The notes beneath the pieces were generated by a model. It had not been told where the DNA came from and ran no database searches. It was given only the letters and a program-made list of their open reading frames with translations. The position numbers and the translations under genes were made by a program. Below are positions 8,134 through 17,149 of a stretch of DNA of 32,000 nucleotides, one piece after another. Every line of letters begins with the position of its first letter. Position 1 is the first letter of the stretch. Origin of the DNA: Wolbachia endosymbiont strain TRS of Brugia malayi (GTDB lineage: Bacteria; Pseudomonadota; Alphaproteobacteria; Rickettsiales; Anaplasmataceae); contig NC_006833.1 in assembly GCF_000008385.1 (NCBI RefSeq), positions 210,001-242,000 on the forward strand. Direction: 5' to 3'.

Positions 8134-11100
8134 TCAAAAGTCAGATTGAATGGTTAAATCTTCCACCCAAATAACCATGCACTCTACCTGCTTGTTTGGA
8201 CATATCTCTTGTACTAAGGTTTTATAGATCAACATCTGTTTTTTTATTTCATTTAATGAGGAAACAGAAACATTACGGTGTGATTTATAGTCAATTATAA
8301 TTGCTTTATCCTGCGTTATGCATAGCTTATCTAATCGTACTAATACCGGTTTGCCATTGATTGTTCCACTCAGTGTAATTTCTGACTTACCATCTAAGTC
8401 AAACAGGTAATCATATTTTTCATTAAAGGCTAATATTTTTCTGTAAATTTCATCCTTATTTTTCCTGATGTTTATATTATCAAGATATTTTCCTATCCAA
8501 TTTTTTCTCCTGTCTTTCTCTATCTTAGGCATATACTGCAATATGCTATGAATTATTAAGCCTCTTGTGTAGCCATCTGTCATCCAGGTGTTCCTTTTTT
8601 TGTCATCCCAGTGTGTGACACTGGAATCTAGTGGAGAAAAAGAATGGATCCCAGTATCAAAGCACTGGGGTGATAGGAGAGGATACTGGGATGGTGAAGG
8701 AGAGTGCTGGAACAAAATTGATAAATTCGGTGGGGGCAAAACAGCAGGAATGTTAAAATAATCACGTTTTTTATAAATGTAAGGATAGTTTGCATTTACA
8801 CATAATACCTCAACTTTTTCTTTAAATATTTGGTGTAACTCCATGTATTTCTTCTCATACGGCTCTCCATATTTAGTGATTATATCATACCAAGAGCCCT
8901 TTTGTACTGGCTCTTTACCTAAAATGTATAACTCATCCTCAGCACGCGTGAGTGCCACGTATAACAAACGCAAATACTCGTTATAATCCTCCAGTTTTTT
9001 TTCCCTTTTCACTTGGTCACAATAAGCGTTGTTGTTTTTTCCACATAAAAATGGTGCTCCCATCGCATCAAGAACAATGCTTTCACTGTTTTTTGGTACT
9101 GTATTCGTATCAACCAAAAATACTATGGGAGCTTGCAGACCTTTTGATTTATGAATTGTCATTATTCGCACAGCATTGCGTTCTGATTGCATATCATTTT
9201 TAATCTCTGGGTTATTTTCCTTTATCCACTGAACAAACGCTTGAAGAGATGGGTTTTCAAATTGTAACACAAGGTTCATAAATTCATCTAGGACCTCAAA
9301 GCATTCAAGACCTAGCCTTGCAGCGAATTTCTTCTTACCTGTACGAAGTATATGTGTGAATAACGTAAGAGGTGATTCTATGTGAGATAAGTTAATGAGA
9401 TCGTTTAACTTACTATAGATATCTTCAGAATAATTCTGGAGTCTTTCCCATAACGACTGTTCTTTACGATCATATGCAATATTAAATAAATCATCTTCAG
9501 TGAAATTAAATAGTGGCGATTTTAAAGCATTTGCAAGAGCCAAATCATTTGTTGGAAGAAGTAAAAATTCAGTCAAAGCTATCAAGTCTTGCACAGCTAT
9601 GTAGTCCATAATTCTAAAATAGTCCCGTCCTACAACTGGTATATTTGCTTTTTTAAGTTCACTTATTACGTAATCAACTAGCATATTTCGCTGTCGTACC
9701 AGAATCATAATGTCTCTTGGTTCTATATGGCGATTTTTAGCGACTAAAATTCGCCCCTCATTTAACCAGTTGTGAATTTTGTGAGCTATTGCCTGGGCAA
9801 GCAATCGATCTGTTATTATATAATCTTTCCTATGCATCAAATGAATTTGTAAAGCTTGCTGTTCTTCCTCTTTACATCTTGGCAACAACGGCCAGATTTC
9901 AACGTATCCCTGATCGTTTTCTCTATATGGAATATGTTTTATTTCACTATCAACAAAAGATATCTCTTCACGGAAGTTGTTAAATAACCTATCTACAAGT
10001 GTTAAAGTTTCCGGAGTTGAGCGAAATGACTTTTCAAGCTGACATGATATCCAATCTTTGCCACCAGATTTTGTATGAAAGTATTGTTGCATGCAGTTGA
10101 ATAGGTGAGGATTTGCCCCCTGAAATCTGTAAATGGATTGTTTTACATCACCAACAACAAACAAGGTTCGTTTTTCATCATTACGGATAAAAAATTCATC
10201 GCAGAGATTTGCTATAATTTTCCATTGACTGATGCTATTATCTTGTGCCTCATCAACAAGAATGTGATCTATTTTTTGATCTAAGTTAAACAATACCCAA
10301 TTTTTATAATCTGGATTGCTGAGAAGATTTGTTGCTAAATCGATTATATCATTATAGTCAAGCAGTGCATTCTTTGACTTTTCACTATTATATAAATCAA
10401 TATATACTTTAAATATATCCAGAAAACTACTGGTTCTTTTGAATATTTGATAAGAGTTTATATCTCTTACATGAGTAAATACTGCATTCTGAATATTTTC
10501 TATTACTTGCTCTGCACCTGGAAATTTCTCCAAAGTACTCTTCGTTATAATGGATGATATGCTTTTTTTCTCGCACGATTCTGACTTTAAAAACACTTTG
10601 ACTAAGTTTTCTATACTGATGTCATTCCAGCGTGTGGCGCTGGAATCTAATTTTTGAATCCTAGTATCAGCTACTTGGATGAAAGAGGAAGATGTAAGAT
10701 CAAGCATCTTGCTATAATTCCGATCTCGTTTACTGCCTTTACTTAATATTTCGGCTAATCTTTCTATTTGCTCAGTCGCTTCACTCTGTAAACCATGAAT
10801 TTCATCTGGAGCACTCAGTTTACCTTTGACATATTCTAGATTGTTTGCTGACACAGATCTTTTTATGCACAAAGTATAAAGCAAATCGCGTAACTTATTT
10901 TCATCAACTTCAGCTGCAATAAATTTTATACTATCTTGCACAGCTTCATTATGAAGTAATTTATCAAATACAATGGAGTGTAATTCCTTACATTCGCTCA
11001 GCGTACAATTTGGAACAATGCCAGCTTCTGCAGGAAAGCTAGAAATTAACTTATAACAAAAGGCATGTACAGTCTGTATAGTTAAATCAAGATTTTCCAG

Positions 11101-11493
11101 TTCAGAGAAAAGCCTCCTTGCTTGGATTAAATAATGATTAAATACTTCACTATTTTTTGTCTGCGGCCATCTAGATCTCAGTGTCAAGCACTGGGATGAT
11201 AGGAAAGGATGAGATGGCGGATAGTGGTGCTGAAGCAACAGTAAAGAGAGGTCTAGCTGTTCTAAAGATGCGATTAGTTCGTTATCTGAACAAACTGCCC
11301 ACTTACTGAGTATATTATGAATGCGACTTTCCATCTCATTTGCTGCAGCATTGGTAAATGTTAAGCAGAAAATATTCCTTTTATTTTCTAATAAAAGTCT
11401 TAATACTCTATCTATTAAGATTTTCGTTTTGCCTGTACCAGCGGATGCATTCACCCATACAGAAAAATTAGGATTTATGATATCTGGTTTCAT
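8134..11493 (-). CDS. addA: Double-strand break repair helicase-nuclease AddA (UvrD/RecB-like), intact ORF
   Basis: 1119 aa containing Walker A ASAGTGKT, TFTNAAANEM, TVHAFC, VDEAQDNS, GDVKQSIYRFQGA, TIHKSKGLQ, YVALTRAEDEL and a C-terminal PD-(D/E)XK motif IIDYKSH. Confidence 0.9.
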   Translation of the reverse strand: MKPDIINPNFSVWVNASAGTGKTKILIDRVLRLLLENKRNIFCLTFTNAAANEMESRIHNILSKWAVCSDNELIASLEQLDLSLLLLQHHYPPSHPFLSSQCLTLRSRWPQTKNSEVFNHYLIQARRLFSELENLDLTIQTVHAFCYKLISSFPAEAGIVPNCTLSECKELHSIVFDKLLHNEAVQDSIKFIAAEVDENKLRDLLYTLCIKRSVSANNLEYVKGKLSAPDEIHGLQSEATEQIERLAEILSKGSKRDRNYSKMLDLTSSSFIQVADTRIQKLDSSATRWNDISIENLVKVFLKSESCEKKSISSIITKSTLEKFPGAEQVIENIQNAVFTHVRDINSYQIFKRTSSFLDIFKVYIDLYNSEKSKNALLDYNDIIDLATNLLSNPDYKNWVLFNLDQKIDHILVDEAQDNSISQWKIIANLCDEFFIRNDEKRTLFVVGDVKQSIYRFQGANPHLFNCMQQYFHTKSGGKDWISCQLEKSFRSTPETLTLVDRLFNNFREEISFVDSEIKHIPYRENDQGYVEIWPLLPRCKEEEQQALQIHLMHRKDYIITDRLLAQAIAHKIHNWLNEGRILVAKNRHIEPRDIMILVRQRNMLVDYVISELKKANIPVVGRDYFRIMDYIAVQDLIALTEFLLLPTNDLALANALKSPLFNFTEDDLFNIAYDRKEQSLWERLQNYSEDIYSKLNDLINLSHIESPLTLFTHILRTGKKKFAARLGLECFEVLDEFMNLVLQFENPSLQAFVQWIKENNPEIKNDMQSERNAVRIMTIHKSKGLQAPIVFLVDTNTVPKNSESIVLDAMGAPFLCGKNNNAYCDQVKREKKLEDYNEYLRLLYVALTRAEDELYILGKEPVQKGSWYDIITKYGEPYEKKYMELHQIFKEKVEVLCVNANYPYIYKKRDYFNIPAVLPPPNLSILFQHSPSPSQYPLLSPQCFDTGIHSFSPLDSSVTHWDDKKRNTWMTDGYTRGLIIHSILQYMPKIEKDRRKNWIGKYLDNINIRKNKDEIYRKILAFNEKYDYLFDLDGKSEITLSGTINGKPVLVRLDKLCITQDKAIIIDYKSHRNVSVSSLNEIKKQMLIYKTLVQEICPNKQVECMVIWVEDLTIQSDF
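8579..8710. repeat. Composite palindromic element inserted in frame in addA (site 3)
   Basis: TGTCATCCAGGTG...TGTCATCCCAGTGTGTGACACTGGAATCTA...GGATCCCAGTATCAAAGCACTGGGGTGATAGGAGAGGATACTGGGATGG. It is read on the minus strand as ..HSPSPSQYPLLSPQCFDTGIHSFSPLDSSVTHWDDKKRNTWMTDG.. Confidence 0.8.
10620..10685. repeat. Palindromic element inserted in frame in addA (site 2)
   Basis: TGTCATTCCAGCGTGTGGCGCTGGAATCTAATTTTTGAATCCTAGTATCAGCTACTTGGATGAAAG. It contains the hairpin CCAGCG/CGCTGG and encodes ..IQKLDSSATRWNDISI.. Confidence 0.75.
11165..11232. repeat. Palindromic element inserted in frame in addA (site 1)
   Basis: AGATCTCAGTGTCAAGCACTGGGATGATAGGAAAGGATGAGATGGCGGATAGTGGTGCTG is near-identical in layout to 8647-8710. 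It encodes ..LLLLQHHYPPSHPFLSSQCLTLRSRWP.. between helicase motifs Ia and TVHAFC. Confidence 0.8.
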
Positions 11494-11573
11494 CAGAAGT
11501 ATGAAAACTGTAAAAAGTTGACTAAAATAGCATTATACGTATAATATTATAAGGTGTTAGTGAAGATATATAA

Positions 11574-12440
11574 ATGAAAAGTTTTTGTGTAAAGGCTCCT
11601 GCAAAGATTAACCTTTTTTTGCATGTTGTAGAAAAAAAAGAAACAGGGTATCATTTGATCGAAGGCTTATTTGTCTTCGCTAATCTTTCCAACTTCTTGG
11701 AAATAAAAGTAGGTGAAAAGGATTTCAGGTATGACAATCCTATAGTCGAATTTGTAAATTCTGAGCTCAAAATAAGTAACAAATACAATACCGTAATGAG
11801 AGCAGTTAATCTATTACTTAGGCACGCTCCTGTACGTACTAAAGTCACTGTAAAGGTTGTAAAAAACATACCAACTTCTGCAGGCCTAGGTAGTGGTTCT
11901 TCAGATGCTGGAGCTGTGATACGTACGCTAGGAAAATTATGGAAAATTGATAGACCAATCCTAAACGAAATAGCTTTAAGCGTTGGTGCTGATGTTCCTG
12001 CAAGTATAGATAGTAAGCCAGTTTTGGTCAGAGGTATTGGTGAAGAATTATGTTATATTAATAAATTCTCCCTGCCTACAAATATAGTACTTGCAAAACC
12101 GAAAAAAAAGTTCTTGAGTACACCAGAAGTATTTTCTAAATATGGAGGGAACTTTTCCAAGCCAATTGAATGGAGAGATGACACTGAGAAAGATTTGTTA
12201 AAACTCCTTAAAGAGACAGAAAACGATCTTCAAGAAATAGCAATAAGTCTTGTCCCTGAAATTAGAGATGTGATATTAGCATTAGAGTCACAAGAAGGTT
12301 CCATACTTTCTCGTATGTCAGGTAGTGGTGTAACATGCTTTGGAATATTTGATAGTGAAGAAAATGCAAAAACCGCTGCAGTTAATATCAGAGAAAAGCA
12401 GCCAGAATGGTGGGTATGTGACGCTCAATTAATAGTTTGA
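11574..12440 (+). CDS. ispE: 4-diphosphocytidyl-2-C-methyl-D-erythritol kinase (MEP pathway)
   Basis: 288 aa with the N-terminus KAPAKINLFLHV and the GHMP kinase motif PTSAGLGSGSSDAGA. Confidence 0.93.
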   Translation: MKSFCVKAPAKINLFLHVVEKKETGYHLIEGLFVFANLSNFLEIKVGEKDFRYDNPIVEFVNSELKISNKYNTVMRAVNLLLRHAPVRTKVTVKVVKNIPTSAGLGSGSSDAGAVIRTLGKLWKIDRPILNEIALSVGADVPASIDSKPVLVRGIGEELCYINKFSLPTNIVLAKPKKKFLSTPEVFSKYGGNFSKPIEWRDDTEKDLLKLLKETENDLQEIAISLVPEIRDVILALESQEGSILSRMSGSGVTCFGIFDSEENAKTAAVNIREKQPEWWVCDAQLIV

Positions 12441-12443
12441 TTT

Positions 12444-12809
12444 ATGGATATAACTCCTTTAGTTTCTAAGAGTAAAAACTTTATAAATGGCTACAGCGAA
12501 GGAAAATTTTTGGTGAATGATCAAGAATATCATAGCTCAATTATAATTTTTCCTGAAAAGGTGATTAAGTTAAAAGAAAGTGGTATAAATAGCAAGGAAC
12601 ATTTTAAATCTTTTTTAACAGAGGAAATAGAAATTTTGTTAATAGGTACTGGTAAAACACGCAATATACCAAATTCTTCAGTGAAGTCCTACCTTATAGA
12701 ACAAAAAGGTTTAAATTTTGAATTTATGACAACTGACGCAGCATGCAGGACCCATAATGTTTTGATATCTGAAGACAGGTTTGTTGTTACTTATCTAAAG
12801 ATAATATAG
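12444..12809 (+). CDS. Mth938-like (DUF498 / NDUFAF3-like) domain protein
   Basis: 121 aa with EILLIGTGKT and a C-terminal MTTDAACRTHNVLISEDRFVV pattern typical of this family. It starts 4 nt after ispE. Confidence 0.7.
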   Translation: MDITPLVSKSKNFINGYSEGKFLVNDQEYHSSIIIFPEKVIKLKESGINSKEHFKSFLTEEIEILLIGTGKTRNIPNSSVKSYLIEQKGLNFEFMTTDAACRTHNVLISEDRFVVTYLKII

Positions 12810-12810
12810 C

Positions 12811-13620
12811 ATGTTTGAAATATTTACACAGGACTTCTTCATCAATAGCCTAATTGCGATAGTAATAATTAGCTTAGTAACAGGTGCTTTAGGGTCATTT
12901 ATGATATGGCAAAGATTATCATATCTGGGTGATAGTTTATCTCATTCTTCATTGCTTGGCATTGCATTGGCTTTAATCTTTAAGATTAGCCCATCAATAA
13001 GCATAATGCTTATTGCAATTGTATTTGCTATACTACTTTCCCTTAATTTTAATAGGCTATATTCTGTTGATACAATATTGAACATCGTTACTAATGTAGT
13101 TTTATCATCAAGTTTAATACTTATGTCCTTTCTTCCATCAAGCAATAGTAGCATTATTAGTTCACTATTTGGCAACATATTAACACTGGAACAGAGTGAT
13201 ATAGTATTAATTTCTTTAACCTCAATAGTAGTCGTCCTGATATTAATATTTAGATGGCGTTACTGGCTAATAATCTCAATTAACCAAGATTTAGCAATAG
13301 TTGAAAAAGTTAATGTAAATTTGGTTAGGCTAGAATTTTTAATTACTCTTGCCATATTTATAGCAGTGTCTGCCCAACTAATAGGAATACTACTCATTGC
13401 TGCGTTCTTGTTGATACCAGCAGCATCTTCAAGGCTTATCTCAAAAACTCCAATGCAGATGATTATCGTTGCAACAGTTTTTTCTTTGATCTCTGGAATA
13501 TCAGGACTTATATTATCTGCAAGTTTTGACTTATTGACAGGACCTGCAATTATACTTACTGCAACTACATATTTAATTATTGCTTATTTTATAAGGTTAA
13601 TGTTAAATAGATTGGCTTAA
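12811..13620 (+). CDS. znuB: Metal (Zn/Mn) ABC transporter permease, ABC-3 family
   Basis: 269 aa, highly hydrophobic with about 8 TM segments. The motifs LGDSLSHSSLLGIA and LLIPAASSRL are typical of ZnuB/MntB permeases. The metal specificity cannot be told from sequence. Confidence 0.8.
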   Translation: MFEIFTQDFFINSLIAIVIISLVTGALGSFMIWQRLSYLGDSLSHSSLLGIALALIFKISPSISIMLIAIVFAILLSLNFNRLYSVDTILNIVTNVVLSSSLILMSFLPSSNSSIISSLFGNILTLEQSDIVLISLTSIVVVLILIFRWRYWLIISINQDLAIVEKVNVNLVRLEFLITLAIFIAVSAQLIGILLIAAFLLIPAASSRLISKTPMQMIIVATVFSLISGISGLILSASFDLLTGPAIILTATTYLIIAYFIRLMLNRLA

Positions 13621-13964
13621 TTTCATTTTCAAGTATTGATGATTTTGTAATGCATTAGTTATATGATACGGCTACTTTAGGATTAAATAGTTTTTGCTAT
13701 ATTATCCTTAGTATGATAGTGATAAATTTTTAATTTTATGGAGTAAACAATATGGCTGAGGAAGGTTTTTTTTCAAAGTATGTATCTCAACCTATGAAAA
13801 AGTTTTACCGCAAGTATATTCTCAGGGAAATAGATGTATCAAATGACACTCAGAATACGGAGTGACACACATAGTGCTGTACAAGAAGATTCAGAATCTT
13901 TAGCTTACATACAGCAAAATGAATTAGTCACTCATACACATGACAATGATATTATATAGAGTAC

Positions 13965-14975
13965 ATGAAGGTCACACCGTCTAAGGTCAAAAAATTCCTA
14001 GAGAAACCAGATATTTTAAGTGGTGTGTTAATTCATGGAAATGATAATAGCAAAGTTGATTTTTTTACGCAAGAAATAGTTGCCAGTCTGAGTGAGTATT
14101 CAGTTCAGATGATGGATTTTGCAATGGTGAATAAGTCACCTGGTCTATTATTTTCTGAGTTGGCAAACATTTCGATGTTTACTAGTAAGAAACTAATTAA
14201 GCTAATAAATGTAACTGGGAATATATCCAAAGAGTTAAAAAATGTATTGGATTACAATGCAGGCGGTCATTATGTAATAATGATAGCAACTGATCTTTCA
14301 TATAATTCCACAATTAAAAGTTACATAGAAAGCTCAAAAACTTTCGGCGTAATTGCTTGTTACAAGAATAGTGGTAGTAACCTTTACGATATTATATCAA
14401 GCTACTTGAAACGAAACGATATAAAATATACAAATGAGATAATTTACCACTTACAGTCCTACTTCAATTATAGCAATCTACCTATACATTCAGAACTTGA
14501 GAAATTAGTTTTATATCTAGGAGAGAGAAAAGATCTCAAACCAGCTGATATAGAGCTGTGTCTTTCAACTTTTAGCAATGATTATGTTACACCTGATAAT
14601 TTGTGTTCTGCTATAGCAAACAAAGATATGGCAAATTTCATCAAAATTTCCGATACATTGATATTACAAGAAAATTTCTCACCAATAGGACTAATCCGTA
14701 TTATATCAAATTATTTCCTAAGCCTTGAGAAGGTCTTGCTGTCAATACAAGGTGGAATGAATGAACAGGTTGCGATTGATCAGCTAAATCCTCCGTTATT
14801 TTTTAAACAATTGCAAAGCTTTAAGTCCCACCTGAAAATTTTTCAACTTTCAGAACTCAAGAAGATCCTAGAAAGCTTAATAAGCTTAGAAATTACCTGT
14901 AAAAAAACTGATTTAGATCATAGAATGATTTTTCAACATGCACTACAAATGGCTGACATTGGAACCTATAGCTAA
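13965..14975 (+). CDS. holA: DNA polymerase III delta subunit
   Basis: 336 aa. The N-terminal ..L.K.....VLIHGND.. pattern, the size and the helical C-terminal region fit HolA. The call is family-level only. Confidence 0.7.
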   Translation: MKVTPSKVKKFLEKPDILSGVLIHGNDNSKVDFFTQEIVASLSEYSVQMMDFAMVNKSPGLLFSELANISMFTSKKLIKLINVTGNISKELKNVLDYNAGGHYVIMIATDLSYNSTIKSYIESSKTFGVIACYKNSGSNLYDIISSYLKRNDIKYTNEIIYHLQSYFNYSNLPIHSELEKLVLYLGERKDLKPADIELCLSTFSNDYVTPDNLCSAIANKDMANFIKISDTLILQENFSPIGLIRIISNYFLSLEKVLLSIQGGMNEQVAIDQLNPPLFFKQLQSFKSHLKIFQLSELKKILESLISLEITCKKTDLDHRMIFQHALQMADIGTYS

Positions 14976-14992
14976 AATAAGTAAGGTTTCCC

Positions 14993-15066
14993 TCGTCATA
15001 CTGCAATTCATTCGTGGTATCTCATCATAGATTCTGCTAACAAATAGCAGAATGATGGTTGTCAGT
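14993..15066. repeat. Short palindromic element with a perfect 9-bp hairpin
   Basis: CGTCATACTGC...ATTCTGCTA-ACAA-TAGCAGAAT (15031-15053)...GATGGTTGTCAG. The reverse complement of 15014-15042 matches the TGTTAGC..GAGATACC core at 809-833 and 7334-7361. Confidence 0.7.
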
Positions 15067-15213
15067 GAACCCAAGCTAATTTAGTTATGTTTTTCTCTTA
15101 TAATTTCATCAAAACATTATATTTTGACACAAAATAGCTTTTGTACCCATCAACTTCAGTGTGCTCTCTGCGTTTTATGCTATTACTAATAGGATATTTT
15201 CGGATACAATCGA

Positions 15214-16296
15214 ATGCAATTAGATAAAAATACGAATAGTTTGACATTTCAAAAGTGTAATAATACCTGAAATGCTGAAACTAATTACTGAAATTGATGA
15301 ATTTAAAGGAGCATGGCAACTATTTGGTAATTTAGCTCCAGAATGTTTACAAATGTTCAAGAAAATTGCAACGATCGAAAGCATTGGTTCTTCTGCTTGT
15401 ATTGGAGGGGTAAAGCTATCAGACCATGAGGTTGAGCAACTACTATCCAAACTTGATACACACTCATTCCGTTCTCGAGATGAACGAAAATAGCCGGATA
15501 TGCGTATGTGTGAGGAAAAGTATTTCAAAATTTTGAAAATATGCCATTTACAGAGAGCATTATAAAAACAGTTTCATATTTGGCTTTTACAATTTTCACA
15601 TAAAGATCAGAGGTACATGGGAGAATGTAAGAAATTTTCCAATCATGTTAAAGCGTTTAATGAATCTGGAAAGAGCTTAGGCATAATTTTTGAAATAGCT
15701 TCTCCATTTAAACAGTGATACAAACGCAAGAACTTACTTATTGGACTAGCCAGCAATTAGAAGAGAAACCATTACAACCTCTATTAATTAGAGAGAGTCA
15801 TCTTTATAGTTACTTTTTTAGCTATCCATCCTTTTCAAGATGAAAATAGCAGGTTGTCATGTACTCTTACAACTTTCTTGTTGCTAAAGTTAGGATATAC
15901 CTACGTACCTTATAGTTCTCTTGAGAGTATAATTGAAAGTAGTAAGGAGAGTTATTACTTAGCTTTGCGTCGTACTCAACAATCTTTAAAGGCTGGTAGC
16001 TATGACTTTAACCCATGGCTTATGTTTTTCTTAAGGTCACTACAAAAGTAAAAATCTCACCTCGAGCAAAAGGTGTCAACATAAAAAAATGTTAAATTTC
16101 TGTTTACTGTCACTTTCAGCTTAAATATTGGCTTTACTTAGCAAACATGAACGTCTTACAATGCAGGATTTAGAAAATATTACTAAAGCAAATCGAAGGA
16201 CCTTAAAGAAGCATGTATCCAGTCTTGTAAAGAGTAATCACATCACTCAGCATAGAAAAAAAAGAAGGCAGAGCAACTTGGTATTTAGCTCAATAA
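15214..16296 (+). pseudogene. Fic/DOC family protein, fragmented, with a degenerate catalytic motif
   Basis: The pieces are KLITEIDEFKGAWQLFGNLAPE..ATIESIGSSACIGGVKLSDHEVEQLL..FRSRDE, then SPFKQ*, then FLAIHPFQDENSRLSCTLTTFLLLKLGYTYVPYSSLESIIESSKESYYLALRRTQ, and a C-terminal winged-helix piece with a frameshift in an A-run (..QH/GRATWYLAQ*). The Fic motif HPFxDGNGR reads HPFQDENSR here. Confidence 0.8.
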
Positions 16297-16354
16297 GAAA
16301 ATTTTATATCTTATAAAAATGACAAAGCTTTAAAAAAAGCCTAATATAAGCTTT

Positions 16355-17149
16355 ATGAAAATCAAGGTTGGAGTAATAGGCTGCTCAGGTAGGATGGGCA
16401 AAAGGATACTCAATGAATTAATTACAAATACCCAAGTCGAAATAGCAGGTGCTGTTGCCCGTTTAGGCAGTAAGTATATAGGTTCAGATATTGGGTCAGC
16501 TGTATACCACAGTTCCAATTTAGGAATCAAAGTTACAAGTTCTATTAGTGATGTATTTGAGTCATCTGACGTTGTAATAGATTTTACAACCAAGGAATGT
16601 ATGTTAGCCTGCCTTAAGGCGGCTATGAAATTTAAAACACCTCTGGTTAGTGGTACAACTGGAATAGAAAGTATCAATTTAAAAAAGTATGCCGCTAAAA
16701 TTCCGATATTATGGTCGGCAAACATGAGTGTTGGAGTTAATGTACTGCTGAAATTGGTAAAAAAAGCTGCTGAGTTTTTGGATAATGAATATGACGTTGA
16801 AATTTGGGAGATGCATCATAACTTAAAAAAAGATTCACCATCTGGAACAGCTATGGAATTTGGCAAAGCAATTGCCAACGCTCTAAAAGTGGATTTTCAA
16901 CCCTACCAACATTCACATAATAGTTCAAACATAAGAGAAAAGGGGAAGATAGGTTTTGCAGTATCTCGTGGAGGTGGAGTGGTAGGAGACCATAGTGTAA
17001 TGTTTATCAATTCCGATGAACGAATAGAGTTAAATCACAAAGCAATTGATCGCACAACATTTGCTAGAGGGGCTGTTCGAGCAGCAATATGGCTATACGA
17101 AAATAAAAGAGAAACTCCAGGGCTCTATTCAATGCAGGACGTGATATGA
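16355..17149 (+). CDS. dapB: 4-hydroxy-tetrahydrodipicolinate reductase
   Basis: 264 aa with the N-terminal Rossmann motif [12 protein letters not shown], plus E.HH..K.D.PSGTA and the C-terminal [10 protein letters not shown]. Confidence 0.92.
   Translation: MKIKVGVIGCSGRMGKRILNELITNTQVEIAGAVARLGSKYIGSDIGSAVYHSSNLGIKVTSSISDVFESSDVVIDFTTKECMLACLKAAMKFKTPLVSGTTGIESINLKKYAAKIPILWSANMSVGVNVLLKLVKKAAEFLDNEYDVEIWEMHHNLKKDSPSGTAMEFGKAIANALKVDFQPYQHSHNSSNIREKGKIGFAVSRGGGVVGDHSVMFINSDERIELNHKAIDRTTFARGAVRAAIWLYENKRETPGLYSMQDVI

Noticed and set aside
16330-16725. 131-aa ORF antisense to dapB
   Set aside because: It overlaps the well-supported dapB frame and its translation has no recognisable features.
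17146-17149. 4-nt ATGA overlaps (dapB/pstB here, secG/pyrG at 5705-5708) as something unusual
   Set aside because: This is ordinary translational coupling in compact bacterial operons and is not noteworthy beyond supporting co-transcription.
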